From Squalus acanthias (Eukaryota), in the NCBI GenBank assembly GCA_030390025.1, contig CM059432.1, forward strand, positions 122,762,001 through 122,826,000: a stretch of DNA of 64,000 nt, in the 5' to 3' direction. Positions 1 to 13,050 of the stretch are shown piece after piece. Position 1 is the first letter of the stretch; the number at the start of each line of letters is the position of its first letter. Position numbers and translations under genes: made by a program. Below the pieces are notes generated by a model. That model was not told the origin of the DNA and searched no databases. It worked only from the letters and a program-made list of their open reading frames with translations.

Positions 1-165
1 CCAAAGATGTGCGGGTTAGGTTGATTTGGCTATGATAAATTGACCCTTAGTGTTAGGGGGATTAAATACGTGGGGTTACGGGGATAGGGTGGGATATGTG
101 TCGGTGCAGGCTCGATGGGCCGAAATGGCCTCTATCTGCACTGTGGGGATTCTGTGATTCTGTGA
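1..165 (+). mobile_element. 3' half of an HE1-like V-SINE with CR1-derived tail (cut by the window edge)
   Basis: Near-identical to 36562-36724 of the complete copy; ends in a GATTCTGT tandem tail. Confidence 0.85.
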
Positions 166-252
166 TATACCCAACATTTCAGAGTTCTGCTGTGTACCAA
201 ATAAGCTGCTATACCCTCTCATAAATGTAATGCAGCTCTTTAAAAACAATAA

Positions 253-1289
253 GGGCTGGATTTTCATGAGGAAGGCGGGTTGAGGCGGGGGGACACCGGT
301 GCGGGCGGGAAACCCGGGAGAACGAGTTTCCCGCTGGCCCTGCCGACTTTAATGGCAGGACCTGATCCGCATCTGAAGCCTCGGTTTCCCGCCCGCAGCC
401 AGCCTGATTGAGAGGCTGGCTGGCTGCGGGCAGGTAGGCCTGCGGCACTAGGCCGCACAGAGGAGGGAGGGAGGGATCGGGTGGGGGATGGTGAGAGACT
501 CCGGGGGACGGCAGGGGGTGGGGGGAGGGGGGTGGAGGGAAGAAGATCAGGGCCATCAAGGGACCGGTCGGGGGGAGAGAGAAGATGATTGCGGCCATCG
601 AGGGACCGGGGGGGGGGGGGGTGGGAGAAGAAAGGATCACAGCCATCGAGGGACCGGGGGCAAGGTGGGGGGTGGGTGGGGGAGGGAAGAAGATCGCGGC
701 CATCGAGGGACTGGGGGGCGGGGGGAGAGGGAAAAAGATCGAGACCAGCAACTGGAGGATCGTAGCCAGCCTGAGGACCATCATGGGGGGGGGGGAGGGA
801 AGAAAACGTCACATCGGGGTCAGCCACCGGAGGATTGTGGCCGGCATCAAGATGATCGTGGGAGGAGGGCGGTCCGAGAAGGTGATCGGAAACCTCGTGA
901 GGGGGTCTCCGATTGCGGGGGGTGGGTTCGGCAGGGATCCTGGATCCAGGAGGAAGGTGTAAAGGCACTTACCTCCTGGATCCAGCAGTCCCCGCCAGGC
1001 TGTAACTGCCGGGTTTTACAAATTGTGTAAAACCCATCCACATGCAGTTAAAAACAAAATGGTGGTTAAAAAAGAGGCTTCCAGCCTCGTTATAATATTT
1101 AAATTGACATCCCGCCTCCTGGGAGCGGGTTGGTCGCCCGACCCCCCCTACACCGCCCCCCCACCCCCCCACCCGACCGGATCCGTTAAAACCAGAAGTG
1201 GGCGGGTTGAGGCCACAAATCCTATTTTTAACAATTTAACTACCCCCACGTTCCAACCCCAATCATTTATTTACGTTAAAAATCCCCTC
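253..1289. mobile_element. Non-autonomous PIF/Harbinger element (MITE-like) with internal G-rich minisatellite
   Basis: Ends GGGCTGGATTTT / AAAAATCCCCTC flanked by TAA on both sides; units like GAAGAAGATCGCGGCCATCGAGGGACCGGGGG at ~480-960; right arm similar to 56400-56674. Confidence 0.75.
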
Positions 1290-1854
1290 TAAAATTCTGA
1301 CAAAGATTTTGTAGTTCAAGTATGCATGAAGATGATCATGGTAAACATATAAGCTACAGTAACTCAGTGTCTAGCTGAAAAAATGGGACCATGAAAATTT
1401 AACACTGTAATTGCACTTCAAAAAGTAAACTCTGTTACTCCCCCCACCCACCTAATTGAACCAAACTGATTGTGCTGCTTAAAAGCCATGACTGATTGCA
1501 CTCTCTGGGAGCAATGAGAAAAATGTCCTTACCTTTGATATTTCACGGCTTCAGGACCCCAAGTCTAGCCCAGCACCAATCCACTGAAGTAGATAAAATC
1601 TGACTAAGTGTTCGACCATTGCAATCACTAAAGACATCTTAAATGGATCCTGTTTTTAGATTGGCAAGATCAATCATATTCAGTAAATGGCACTGTTGAA
1701 ATGTATAGCAAGCAGACAATTCCATGAATGGAGGAGAAGTACGCAGTGCAAAAATACAGACCATAGGGTCTAGGGTCATTTCATGAGGATAGCAGCTTCC
1801 TAGAGTACGAACACATACCAGATGAGCTTTAGGAGGAAGGGGTATTGGAAACTA

Positions 1855-2700
1855 TTGGACAGTGTATGAATGGTATTGAAATAATTAAGGATGAAGGAAA
1901 TAGAAGGATACTGTGGCAGGGGACGGGAAGAGGTAATTACAGTGGCAGGAGGCTCTTGTGGAGTATAAACACCAGCATAGACCAGTCGGGCTCAATGGCC
2001 TGTTTCTGTGCTGTAGACTATATGTAAAATTCTATGTAAGTTGAACGAGACGATCACCGGGAATTTCCTCGAGGGGTTTTCTCGATCGACCTGTTTACAC
2101 ATCTATCCAGGGTTCCGATCAGCTGCCATAACTTCAGCGGGAGAACCCCTAAGGAAATTCCTAGCGCAGGAACCTTGGTAGACTTGACGCTCAGTATTGT
2201 ATCCAATTCAGAGAAGCAGTCAATAAAACCAATAGAATGCTGAACTAGATAGCCAAAACAGTAGAATTCAAGTCAGAGAAAGTCAAGCTCAAATTGCATA
2301 GTACTCTGGTCAGACCACACTTTGAGTACTGTGTCCTGCTCTGTTACCTACATACAAGAGAAAACATTAAATGTTGGAGGCAGTGCAGAGAAGAGCCACG
2401 AGGCTGATCTCCAATGTTGGAGGTCTGAGTTAGGAGGGAAGTGGGAACTTTTCAGCCCAGAAAGGAAGTGTCCAAGAGATGATCTCATAGAGATGTATAA
2501 GATAGTAAACAGTATTTTAAAGGAAAATCAGAACAAATGACCATAAGCTAAACTGGGAGAGTAGAACAGGGACGCAAAGCAAAAACACGGAAATCTTTTG
2601 AAAAACAATTGGAAGCTACAATGGGGGGACCCTTTAGGGTCTTTCTGAATCGATGAACTAAGATGGGCCGAATGGCCTTCCTCATCCATTAAATATCATG
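1855..2700 (+). mobile_element. Degenerate CR1 LINE 3' fragments
   Basis: CR1 C-terminal signatures (CTGGTCAGACCACACTTTGAGTACTGTGT; DDLIEMYKI) and GGGCCGAATGGCC-type 3' tails at ~1990 and ~2665. Confidence 0.65.
2055..2166. mobile_element. Tiny (~110 bp) Harbinger-type MITE
   Basis: Inverted ends GGGAATTTCCTCGAGGGGTTTTCTC ... GAGAACCCCTAAGGAAATTCCT resemble the other Harbinger TIRs in the window. Confidence 0.55.
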
Positions 2701-3739
2701 TATGTAATCATTTTTATTCATTTTCTTTTTCCTTGGGTCTTTATTGTCTTTTAATGTTTTTCTTTCTGTTCATTTCACTTTCTTTTTCTATTTCATTTTT
2801 GTTTTAACTTTTCGCGTCATATTTTTTTTTTAATTCTCATTTTGTTCCGCAGTAAGTAATAATTGTCTGGAGAGCAGATTTGGCCACCCGGGTGCCTAAG
2901 ATTGCCGCAGTTTCATACAAAGCTGTGCTGTGGTTTGAAATCATCAAGTTCATTATTTAAGCAGCAGCTTGATATAGACTCTGCACAATAGGAGTACAGA
3001 TCATGTTTGACAATAAAGCAGTTTAATGGACAGCTGTAAAGAGATGTGCCCATCCTAAGTTAGTAGAAATTGTACTTTAAAAGTTCAATGCAAGCGCTGT
3101 TTCTGCCATTCCATAACCTCATCATTTTGCTTTTAATCACGCTGGCAGTAATTAACTATATTGGTTAGGCATGATTTCTTTTGTGTTATTTAGATATCTT
3201 GTACCTCCTCCATTTCATTCGCTCTTTGAAAACTTGAGAGAAAGCATAAGCTTGTGGGGAGGAGAAACCTGGCTCGCCCCAGTATTTCGAAATGATCTGT
3301 ATAACATTCGGGCTATTCCTTCATGCTCATGAAATATTTTTCTGGAGCTCTAGTTACGGCACAGTCTGTGCTAGATTAAAATGTGGTGCAAAAACACTGT
3401 TTTTGTTCAAAGTAAGAACTGCCCTGCGGTATAAAACTGCCATATAGTAGTTGTTTCACAATGGAAATAAATCAAGAAATATTGGATTGAAAAGAATCCT
3501 GATATGGTATTCATTCAGGAAGTCTGTAGAAATTGTAAGACCCCTTGATGCCAATGGATGGCCAATATAATGCTCAACTTGCTCCAGTTGTCCAAGAAAT
3601 GAAAAGCTGATGATGGGTGCTTTCACTAACAAGAAATGGACAATTCAACACCATTTCCTTTTGGTTGACCAGCAACATCTGAAATGGACTGATGAGGGTC
3701 TAGGAACATAGGAACATGAGTAGGTCATTCAGCCCCTCT

Positions 3740-4070
3740 CTCCAGATATCTGCGCTCCTTTAATTTCGGCATCTGGAGCATCCCCGATTTCAATCGCTCC
3801 ACCATTGGTGACCGTGCCTTCAACTGTCTAGGCCCTAAGCTCTGGAATTCCCTCCCTAAACCTCTCCACCTCTCTACCTCTCATTCCTGCTTTAAGACGC
3901 TCCTTAAAACCTACCTCTTTGACCAAGTTTTTGGTCATCTGCCCTAATATTTCCTTATGTGGCTCAGTGTCAAATTTTGTTTGATAACACTCCTGTGAAA
4001 CACCTTGGGACATTTTGCCATGTTAAAGGCACTATATAAATACAATTTGTTGTTGTTTTTGTTGTTGTTG
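3740..4070 (+). mobile_element. L2 LINE 3' end inserted in the CR1 tail
   Basis: GPKLWNSLPKPL...FKTLLKTYLF motif; L2 3'UTR ending TATATAAATACAA-(TTG)n; homologous to 19380-19665. Confidence 0.8.
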
Positions 4071-5062
4071 CTCCGTCATTCAATTAGATTATGCCTCAAT
4101 GCCATTTTCCCACCTTTGCTCCACATCCCTTGATACCCTTACCTAACATAAGTCTGTCGATCTCAATCTTGAAAGCTACAATTGTTCTAGCATCGACAGC
4201 CTTTTGGGAGAGAGACTTTCAAATTTCTACTACCCGTTGTGTGAAAAAGTGCTTCCTGATTTTGCACCTGAATGGCCTAGCTCTAATTTTAAAATTGTGT
4301 CCCTTTGTTCTTGATTCCCCCACCAGAGAAAATTGTTTCTCCCTATCTACCCTATCAAATCCTTTTAACGTTTTAAATATCACGATCAGATCGCATCTCA
4401 ATCTCCTATACTCAAGGGAATGCAAGCCAAGTTTATGCAACCTGTCCTCATAATATAACCCGCTAAGCCCCAGTATCATTCTGGTAAATCTGCGCTGCAC
4501 TCCCTCCAAGGCCAATATATCCTTCCTGAGGTGCGGTGGCCAAAACTGAACACAGTACTTAAGATGGGGTTTGACCAAGGCTGTATATAACTTCCTCCCC
4601 TTTGTATTCTAGCCCTTGAGAGAAAGGTCAACATTCCATTAACCTTTTTGATTGCTTTTCGTACCTGTCTACTGGATTTTAATGATTTGTGTACTTGCAC
4701 TTCCGAAAGCGCTCTGCTCCTATACAGTTCCTAGTTTCTCACCATTTAGAAAATATTCTGATTTATCATTTTTAGGTCCAAAGTGGATGACCTCACACTT
4801 GCTCACATTGAACTCCATTTGCCATAATTTTGCCCACTCACTCAATCTGTCTATGTCCCTTTGTAACTTCCAGCTCCCATCTGCATTACTTATTGTCCCT
4901 CCTAACTTAGTGTCAACTGTAAACTTGGATATACAACTCGCTATTCTTCATCCAAGTCATTAATAAATATGGTAAAAAGTTGAGGCCCCAGAACTGATCC
5001 CTGGCGAACACCACTTGTCACATCCTATCAATCAGAATACCTACCCTTTATCCCCACTCTCT

Positions 5063-5866
5063 GGCCGGAATTTTGCCGGTCCTCAGAGTGCGGGATTGGA
5101 GGCGGGACCGCTGTCAAAATGGCAAAGATTGACAGCGGACAGGAAACCCTCTGTCAACCTGCCTCCAATCAATCTTCCCAAGTGTCGGGTCCCCGATTTG
5201 CGCATGGACCCGACACCTAGCAGCGGGAAGAGGATTATAGCCACTTACCTGGCTGTCAACAGGTACGTGATACTTGTTAACAGGCTCTTTTTCAATTTTG
5301 CCGCTTCTACCTCGGGTTCCCCAACATCCGGACACCACACCAGGTAAGTGTGGCGTGTTGTGAGTCTGCTGTAATGTTTCTGCATTGATGACAGCTGCAG
5401 AAGTGGTGTGAAGGATCCAATGGTACACTGGTGAGTTTCAAAGGTAAGGAAATGTTGGAACAATCATTTTTAATGCATTTACACTTTTCTGTAGGTAACA
5501 AGTTTTGAATTGGCTGTCTAGTCCCACCTCATTGGGAGAACCTCTCTCATCAGTGACAGATCGCTTCTGTAACCTCAGCCTGCAGCTGCCATCTGTTCTA
5601 GCCTAAGGAGGGAGTCACTGGAGAGCCTAGGTGTAAGAGCTCACCTGTGAACAGTCATTGTCAGTGTTTGCAGCACTTCAAAGCGTCATCAAATGATGTC
5701 ATCTGACCGGCTTCTTCTTAATTGGCCGGCAAACCCGCAGGGCGGGCTTAACAAGGCCAATCAACGTAAAATCACGTCCGTGGGCCGGATGCAGTTGGGG
5801 GCGGGAGTGGCACCCAGAAACCAGCAGACCCGCTCCCAAGCCGCATCGATTTGCAAAATTGCGGCC
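5063..5866. mobile_element. Non-autonomous Harbinger element
   Basis: TIRs GGCCGGAATTTT / AAAATTGCGGCC; arms shared with 17125-17418 and 58415-60141. Confidence 0.8.
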
Positions 5867-5869
5867 ATT

Positions 5870-6726
5870 GGGGGAAAAATTCAGTATCGCCCCGTTTGGC
5901 GCGCAATTATCGCCTCCGACTGCAAACTTGACTTTTATCGCCCCTGGAGGTGATTGGAGTGCTAAATCAGGTGCTACACATCTGTCTTAAGGCGCAAAGG
6001 CCAAGGAGCGAGGCGCTAACTCAGACCGCTGGCGAAGCTCATGTGATGTCAGTCAGCAATGGAACGCAGACACAATAGCCCCGGCCAGTTCTTAAAGGGA
6101 GGGTTGATCTTGCTTTCCATCCACATCCTGCTCATTGCAGCCTTGAATCTCGGCCTGGAGAGACCTGTACATCAAATCTGCTGGAAATAACAATGGAGAG
6201 GCCCAGGGAAAGAGCTCAGAGTGCAGCCCCCACAGTCTCTTCTAAATCGATACAAGGAAGGGCAAATCAAAATGAACCTGCAAAGTGCTGCTCAGTACCC
6301 AAAACTCCTTCACACAGCATTGAATCTCTCCAGAAGTCTCTCTCTCTCTCTCTCTCAGAATGCGTGGTTCAAAAATCTCGCCAACAAAAAAAGGCAGGAA
6401 GCGGTCGCCTTTAAATAGCGCTCCCCCAGTCCCTTCCTGACTGCAAAACGCTCCCCTCAACCTGTCGTTGCTAGCGGCAGGCAGTAAGGCAGGGGGCGCC
6501 ACTCAATATCCGCTCAGGGGCGCTACCGGGGCGTTGCGCACTCGACTGACGTCACGATCTGCCAGCGCAGGAGATCGTGGCGGTACTGTTTAGCGCCGCC
6601 GCAAAATGTCTAGTTAATTTCGCGAGTGGCGCAAACATCGCTGCACCCGGGCGCTAGTTGCTTTGCACCCCATTAGCGCCCTCTTAAGGCGCTAACAGGA
6701 GACGCAACCAACTGAATTTTTCCCCC
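5870..6726 (+). mobile_element. Non-autonomous Harbinger element (second family), abutting the previous one
   Basis: Perfect TIR GGGGGAAAAATTCAGT / ACTGAATTTTTCCCCC; ATT on both flanks; inverted paralog at 47605-48497; retains a possible Myb start stub MERPRERAQSAAP. Confidence 0.85.
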
Positions 6727-7719
6727 ATTGTCTCTTACCGCCCAACCAATTTCCAACCGAAGTAAAAAGGCTACCTCCAATTCCGTGCACTCTCATTTTT
6801 GCCAATAATCTCTTCTGTGGAACCTTATGGAATACCGTCTGGAAGTCCATACAAGTAACATGCATAGACATTCCCTTATCTACATTATTAGTGACCTCCT
6901 CAAAAAATTCAACTGGATTAGTCAGACATGACTTACCCTTACCAAAGCCATGTTGGCTCTCTCTGATCAGCTCATTTCTTCACTCTATTCCTAATGCCCA
7001 CTCAGCAGCAAGTGCACAGTGGAGTTCATTCTATGTTAAGCAGTTTGAGACATTTCTGAGAGTTATGATCGGGCAGGTTGTAATTGACCTTTTATTTGCA
7101 ATAGGAGAAAAGCCTGCTTAACGGTGACTACATTCATTCCCTTTTACTAAGTGATTTTCTCACAACTTTAATAATTGAGCATAAGCTTATGAATAGAAAG
7201 AGACATACCAATTACAACTTGCTGTATGGTATTAAATGTATTTGTACGTGTATAGTTTCAGTTTTATATTATGCTCCTGCATAAACACTGGCATAGACCT
7301 GTTGGGCCAAATGGACCGTTTCTATGCTGTAAACTCAATGTAAAAAAACAAAGTTGAAGCTGTGAAATTAAAAAGTTCTAATCCTAACCACAAAGATGCA
7401 GAAAACAATGCTGCATGAAAATGAACAAATCAGCAGTATTTTATCAGTTTACCTATGCCAACCTCTTCAACAACTGAAATATTAGGGCCAAGTTTCCTCT
7501 CCCAGCGCAATTATTGCAGCATGTCCCAGAATTGTACCCCATGGGAACCAAGGGCTGAGCACTCAAACTTCCTTATGGGCCTCCTTTCAATTCACACATT
7601 GACCACAACCATGAACCAAAGAGGCATGGAAGGGTTAACAGCAGCAATGCAAGCAGGAGTCTGGGCTTTCCAGCAGTCTATCTCGGAGGGTGTTGATGGA
7701 GGGGCAGCGCCGTGGTGAA

Positions 7720-8130
7720 AATCAGTGTGCGTGAGGAGCTCTGAAGGCCACATGGGTTCGACCTACTACTCCCTGCACTCTAGGGAAGCCTGTTGTACAG
7801 AAAAAGCCAAGGACTATAATCTGCTGCTATGGAGGGCATAAGGAAAGTTTCATGTACTGCTCAGTGGCACCCGTGACCTGGGTGATTCAACAGACTGGCT
7901 TATGCTGCTCACATCACACACTGCACCCTGAAAGGAGCTACATGCTAAGAAATAAAGGGCCATTGTGACCTTGACTTCCACCAAAAAGAGCAATGCCTAA
8001 CTGGGAACGTGGCTGCAGGTCTTCACATGGCTGGTCATACATCTTTGGGGAATCTCAGGTGATGTAGGCACTGCTCCTGGTTTAGGTCTTCAAAACTTCA
8101 CAATGGCCTGTACACCCATCTAGGGGTGGG
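7720..8130 (-). pseudogene. Decayed Harbinger (HARBI1-like) transposase, N-terminal half; not in ORF track
   Basis: Manual minus-strand translation across stops and frameshifts: PRWVYRPL*SFEDLNQEQCLHHLRFPKDV..EDLQPRSQLGIAL.VEVKVTMALYFLACSSFQGAVCDVSSISQSV..VLGFFCTTGFPRVQGVVGRTHV, collinear with the transposase at 24724-25200; TIR-like GGGCCAAGTTTC at ~7487. Confidence 0.75.
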
Positions 8131-9403
8131 GAAACTAATGAATTGAAGCCCTTCTCCTGCTTTCTTTCTTTGTCATGTATGTCAGCCTCTGCCTCTTCCT
8201 CCTCCTCTAAGTAGGCTAAATATAAGTGTATTCCAACTGGTATAACCATTTGTTCTACTGCTGGGGAGTTGCAGAATAAATTAAATGACTTCCCTCAGTA
8301 CTACCAGCGCTACTACAGTGCTTACATACACTTTCAAATGCAGCAAAACTCACTAAAGTTTAGCAGCATGTCCCTTTAATAGAACTAGCACCCAAAAGGC
8401 GAAGACAGGAGGCAATAGCTGCAGGTTTTTTATGTGGGCTATCTGCACCTGCTGGTGTTGGAAGAAAGCTGAGTGTAAAGCCCACTGGAATTCATTTGCA
8501 TGTAATTTACATTACTGAAACCGCTTTGGGTGCAGAACCAGAAAAGCCATTGCCGATGTTTGTGTGCATTGCGATTCAGGAGCAAATGTGAAGCAAAGGA
8601 TTCACAGCCATTTTTCCTCTGTATTGCTATTTGGGAGTAGGGCATAGAATGATCTGCCCTATTTGTATTAAAAAGAGTGTTTGTATCTTGTACCATTTAC
8701 ACAGCAAGCTAAACCATGGCACCAGAGTGTAACAAGTCCATGAGAACTTTGAAAATGAGGGAGTAGCAGTGCATTATGTTATTCATCATGTAGAAGTGTG
8801 GCAGCCCCTCTGGGAAAAATATATATTGCAGAACACAAAGGACTTTTGTAGGAGGATAAAGCTCATGAAAAAGAAGCTTGTATCCTGCAAAATTTTTGAA
8901 TCGAACTTTTGGTCTGTGAGTTAGTTATGTATGGATTTTTATTGCTGATTAACAGCTTCATATTTGTATTTATTTAAGTTAGTGCTTTAAAGAAAGAGAT
9001 TTAAAATCTCTTATGATCACAGATTTTGTGGAAAGTGAAATCGGCTGTGGTTTTGATTGTGTGCAGGCAGTAACTTTGCCCACAGTTAGTCATCTGGAAA
9101 CAGGGAGCTTATCACTGGCTCGCATCAGCTTTTATACAAACCTGAGTGAATATCAGGAACTTATGACTGTGCAGGGGCCAAAGATCAAAATCGAACTAAA
9201 CACACCTTGACACACCTTTCTGTTCTACTTCAATAGGACTACAAATCAAAGGAGAATGTACAAACTCTCAAAGAGTAAAAAGGAACTTAGTAGTTTGTTG
9301 ACTGCATGTAGACATTGAGCAGACACAAACCTATTTAAAGTGAGTACAAAGTCTAGAAATTAAAAATCTGAAAAGATAATAAAGTGAAACAATTAAAAAT
9401 TCT

Positions 9404-9960
9404 GGGTGAGAAATTCAATCTCGTTTTGCCTGTTTTTTGGGAAAAACTTCCCAAAATTAGGCAGGGGTTTCTCGTGCCTGAACTCCACTCTAAGTTCGGT
9501 GGCAGCCATTTTGGATTGGCCAACTTTTAGACGCCTGGACGCCAGCCTGAAGCAGGCGTTGGGCCCCTTAAATATTCTAACCAGGAGCCTAACACCTCTT
9601 TCAGCACCCCAGTGCCCAATTGGGCGGATCGTAAATGCACCGAGCATGTTCTGCTAAGTTTTTCCTGGGCTACAGTGGCCTAACCAGCGGTCCTTGAAGG
9701 GACTCACTGCTAAAGACAGCCGAAGGAGAGGAATCTGTTCTGGTTTTCACTGACCTTGACGTGGAGCCAAGAGGAGCAGCCACCCCAGGACGTACCTCGG
9801 CATCCGAGCCAGCCGCTTTTCAGAAATCCCGGACCAGTGAGCTTCATCGGGACACCCTATTGCCGTCCGCAGGTCACTGGTATTATGAAGATGAGGTCCA
9901 GCTTGTGGCGAGTCTTCTGACGTGCGTTTTTAAGGCGTTACCAATTTTACTCTGGTTCCC
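9404..9960. mobile_element. Degenerate non-autonomous Harbinger-like element
   Basis: Starts GGGTGAGAAATT (TIR-like); CpG-rich body typical of these MITEs; right end unclear. Confidence 0.45.
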
Positions 9961-11174
9961 TGCTAAAACCTGACTTCTTCCCCTCTGATTCTCTTACTCC
10001 TACATTGAGCAGAATTTGAGGACTACTCCTTGAGAAAGAAACAAAGAATCTTGGAAATACTCATTTACTTTTGTACTGAATAGGAAGACTGAATCGGAGG
10101 ACAAGGTTTACAGTCACTGGCTCAAAAATCACTACAAGTCAAACATTAATCAGTTCACCCTCAAATATTAATGATGACATACTGATCTTTGTGTGTAGAT
10201 CTTGTCCACCCCTTTTGACGTAGACTGTTTTATCATTTATAGGATACGTTTCACAAGTTGAAAAAAAAATATTTTCTTATTATTACTGCTTGGCTGTACA
10301 GAAAAGTATGAACTGGAAATATCAAATATGAAAGAGGAAGTGACAGAATAATGCAGGGAGCACAGAAGATTGAATAACTTAGTGCACTTCTTTATCCCCT
10401 TTGCTTATATTAGAATAAATATTTTGAATTAGGATCCTACAGTTTGTTGAAGCGCAACGTAAAGGTTAGAAATTCAGTAGATAATTGGTTACATTTTTAA
10501 AGAGGTTATCTAAGACACAGGCTTTCCGAGACTTCATGCAGAGTTCTGAGCACTGCAGACAGACAAGAGCTGCTTCAATTATTCATAAAGGTAGAAGGGC
10601 CAGGATTGGTGCATATTTAATCTGGAATTAGGCTCATTGTGTCAGTGGCCTCATGATGTGCTCTCGTGATAGCTGCGAGTTCAATGCAAAGCAACAGCCA
10701 CTCTTGAGGAGAACTATCTTTTCTTTAAATAATATTTTCCCTCATGTGACCTCGGCAAATATTGTCTTGTTCTGCAGTTGTGTTATTTTTGGAGTGGTTT
10801 AAGTGAGGGAGGAAGTGCAGACATTATGATGGAGCCCATGACCCTCCTATATACACTCAGAAAACAATTACAACACTTTCTTCGTGTCGGCATAATTTAC
10901 TTAAGGGCTGTCCTTTTTGTTACTAATAAGTACTATTGGAAAACATAATTGTGCACTTAGTTTATTTTATGTTGTAGTAAGATGTAAACCGTTTCCATAC
11001 ACTGAGTCCTAGTACAAGACAATAGCAACAAAATTAATAAATTTCATATGAAATTTTTATCAAAATTGGTTTTGCTCGCTCTCTTTAACAATCATACACT
11101 AACATTTGTACTTGTTTCTGAGTACTAATAATTGCCCAATAAATATTCACACATTGATTGATCAGAGGCATTAA

Positions 11175-11560
11175 ATACTCAGTGGGTAAATGCACTTTAT
11201 GGTGCGGCACCAATCCGCACAGAGCAGGAAGGCCCCAAGCTCAACCCTTGCTCTGTGCTGAATTAGTTAAACTCAGCTAAGCAGAGGTGGGATGCTGCAG
11301 TTGCACTTTGTGTCCCTGGGAGGGGGGGACAAATTGCTAGTGAACTCACTCCTGATTCCTATTGGATAACATCCGCAGGATGTCCATGTATGTGTGGGCA
11401 TTGAGGAAGGACTGGATCAAGCTTCACTATGCTGCCCTCCCCCTTTATGATTGGATAGCTCACCAAGAATCATTATCTAGACTCACACTTGGGTGAGGTG
11501 CTTCTAGCCTGCCGGAATCTGCAAATCCATATCCCACCACTGGTCATTATCTTCAGGAGA
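11175..11560 (+). mobile_element. Old tRNA-derived SINE
   Basis: A-box-like CTCAGTGGGTAAATGCAC and degenerate B-box; related minus-strand fragment at 33270-33400. Confidence 0.5.
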
Positions 11561-12719
11561 GGAGGAGGAAGAGAAGAAGTTCATTAAAATAATGTAATAA
11601 AGACTTAATCCAAAATCTACTTTCTTACTTCAGTATTAGAAATTATGAATTATGAAGCCTATAATTTTCTGTTTTCACCTGAATCTAACCCCTTTAATTT
11701 TTTCCATTCGTATATAATTCTAGATATTCTGTTTCAGAACAAATTAAATTTATTGAACTACATATATCCTTCCATTCACACCTGAACACATTTGATTTCT
11801 GTAAAGAAAGCTGTTTTGCTTACAAGGTGTATTGATGGTGTTTGTTGCTTGACCTGCCAGGAGACACACGTGAGTAGTGCTGGAAGGCACCATCCCCTTC
11901 CTCCATCGCCCATCAGTTTTCCGTCCCGTTCGCTCCCTCCCACAAAGAACCTTGCTGAGCCCAGAGAAGCTCGCCTTCTAGGTCACTGGTATTCATAATA
12001 GAGCTCAGGACTAATTGCACTCCATTTCCTCCCCTCTCCTGTGGCCCTCAGCTCGCTAACATGAATCTCTGGGGCTCCAACCACAGACGGCCAGCTCTAG
12101 GCTGTTGCTGTAACCAGGATATGTAAAATTAAGAAAGAAAAAGGTTTTGTGATTTTTTTAGCTCTCAACAGGAAGCTGGTGAACCTTCCTCTTCACTGTG
12201 CCTAGAAAATCGTCCATTCCCCAGACACCATGGACAGGAAAAAGGGACAGAGACCCATTACATCAGGAATCCTCCACTTTCCTGGGACTTCGTCAACATG
12301 CGTAGGTGGGTCTGCGCCTCATTTTCCTGAGGATGCGGATGCTGGACACCCCAGTGTAGAGGCGCCTGAGAAAAGCTGGCGTAAGGGTCCTGAAGAGTGA
12401 AGAGTTTGTAGGGGCTCCAGGAGAAGGTTGTAGGCTTTGCAGGAAAGTGGCTTAAACCTGTAAAATACCCGTTCCCCAACCCCAACCCCAACCCCCCACC
12501 CCACCGCACCTCAGACATCCTGAAGCACCCTCCAGAAGGCCCCGGGGTCGGTGGCCAGGAGCACAGCTGCAGGTCTCTCAGGCTTGCATTGCCTCTCCGA
12601 TGTTTGTTATTTTTAGGTGCACAGCCAGTGGGCAGGCCTGCACCTGGAATGCACCCAGACCATGGAGGTACCCCAAGAGGAAAATGTACCCTAGTAACTG
12701 TGCTCTAGCTGTGAATGTA

Positions 12720-13050
12720 ATAAAAACAAAGAAAGTCTTTTACATCCTCAGGACATCCTAAAGTGCTTTACAGACAATTAAGTACTTTTGAGAATGGTCA
12801 CTGTTGTTTGGTGGACAAAGTGGCAGCCAATGAGATAAATGACCACTTAACTGTTTTAGTGGTATTTTCTGAGGAAGACGAGGAGAACTCCCTCCTCAAG
12901 TAGTGCAATGGAACCTTTTCTGTCTACTTGAATGGGTAGATAGGGGCTCAGTTTTTACATTTTAACCAAAATAAGGCACCTCCAACAATGCAGCATTCCC
13001 GCAGTACTGCACTGAAGTGACGAACTAGATTATGTGTTCATGTCTGGAGT
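12720..13050 (-). mobile_element. Degenerate DeuSINE (SacSINE1-like) fragment
   Basis: Collinear similarity to 37725-38157. Confidence 0.6.

Larger units (their letters stand above)
3700..6975 (-). mobile_element. 5'-truncated CR1 LINE (RT C-terminus plus 3' tail), interrupted by an L2 fragment and two Harbinger MITEs
   Basis: ORF 4219-4578(-) VKPHLKYCVQFW...LEGVQRRFTRMI...LEYRRLRCDLI; RT sequence resumes at 6730-6975 (MDFQ..FHKVP-like); tail GGAACATAGGAACAT at 3703. Confidence 0.85.

Noticed and set aside
209..1030. Pro-rich and Gly-rich ORFs
   Set aside because: They lie in the G-tract repeat of a MITE and show no domain signal.
1534..1650. Candidate minus-strand exon (CAG|...AAG|GTAAGG)
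   Set aside because: Stops in all three frames and a weak polypyrimidine tract; a non-coding exon cannot be excluded without RNA data.
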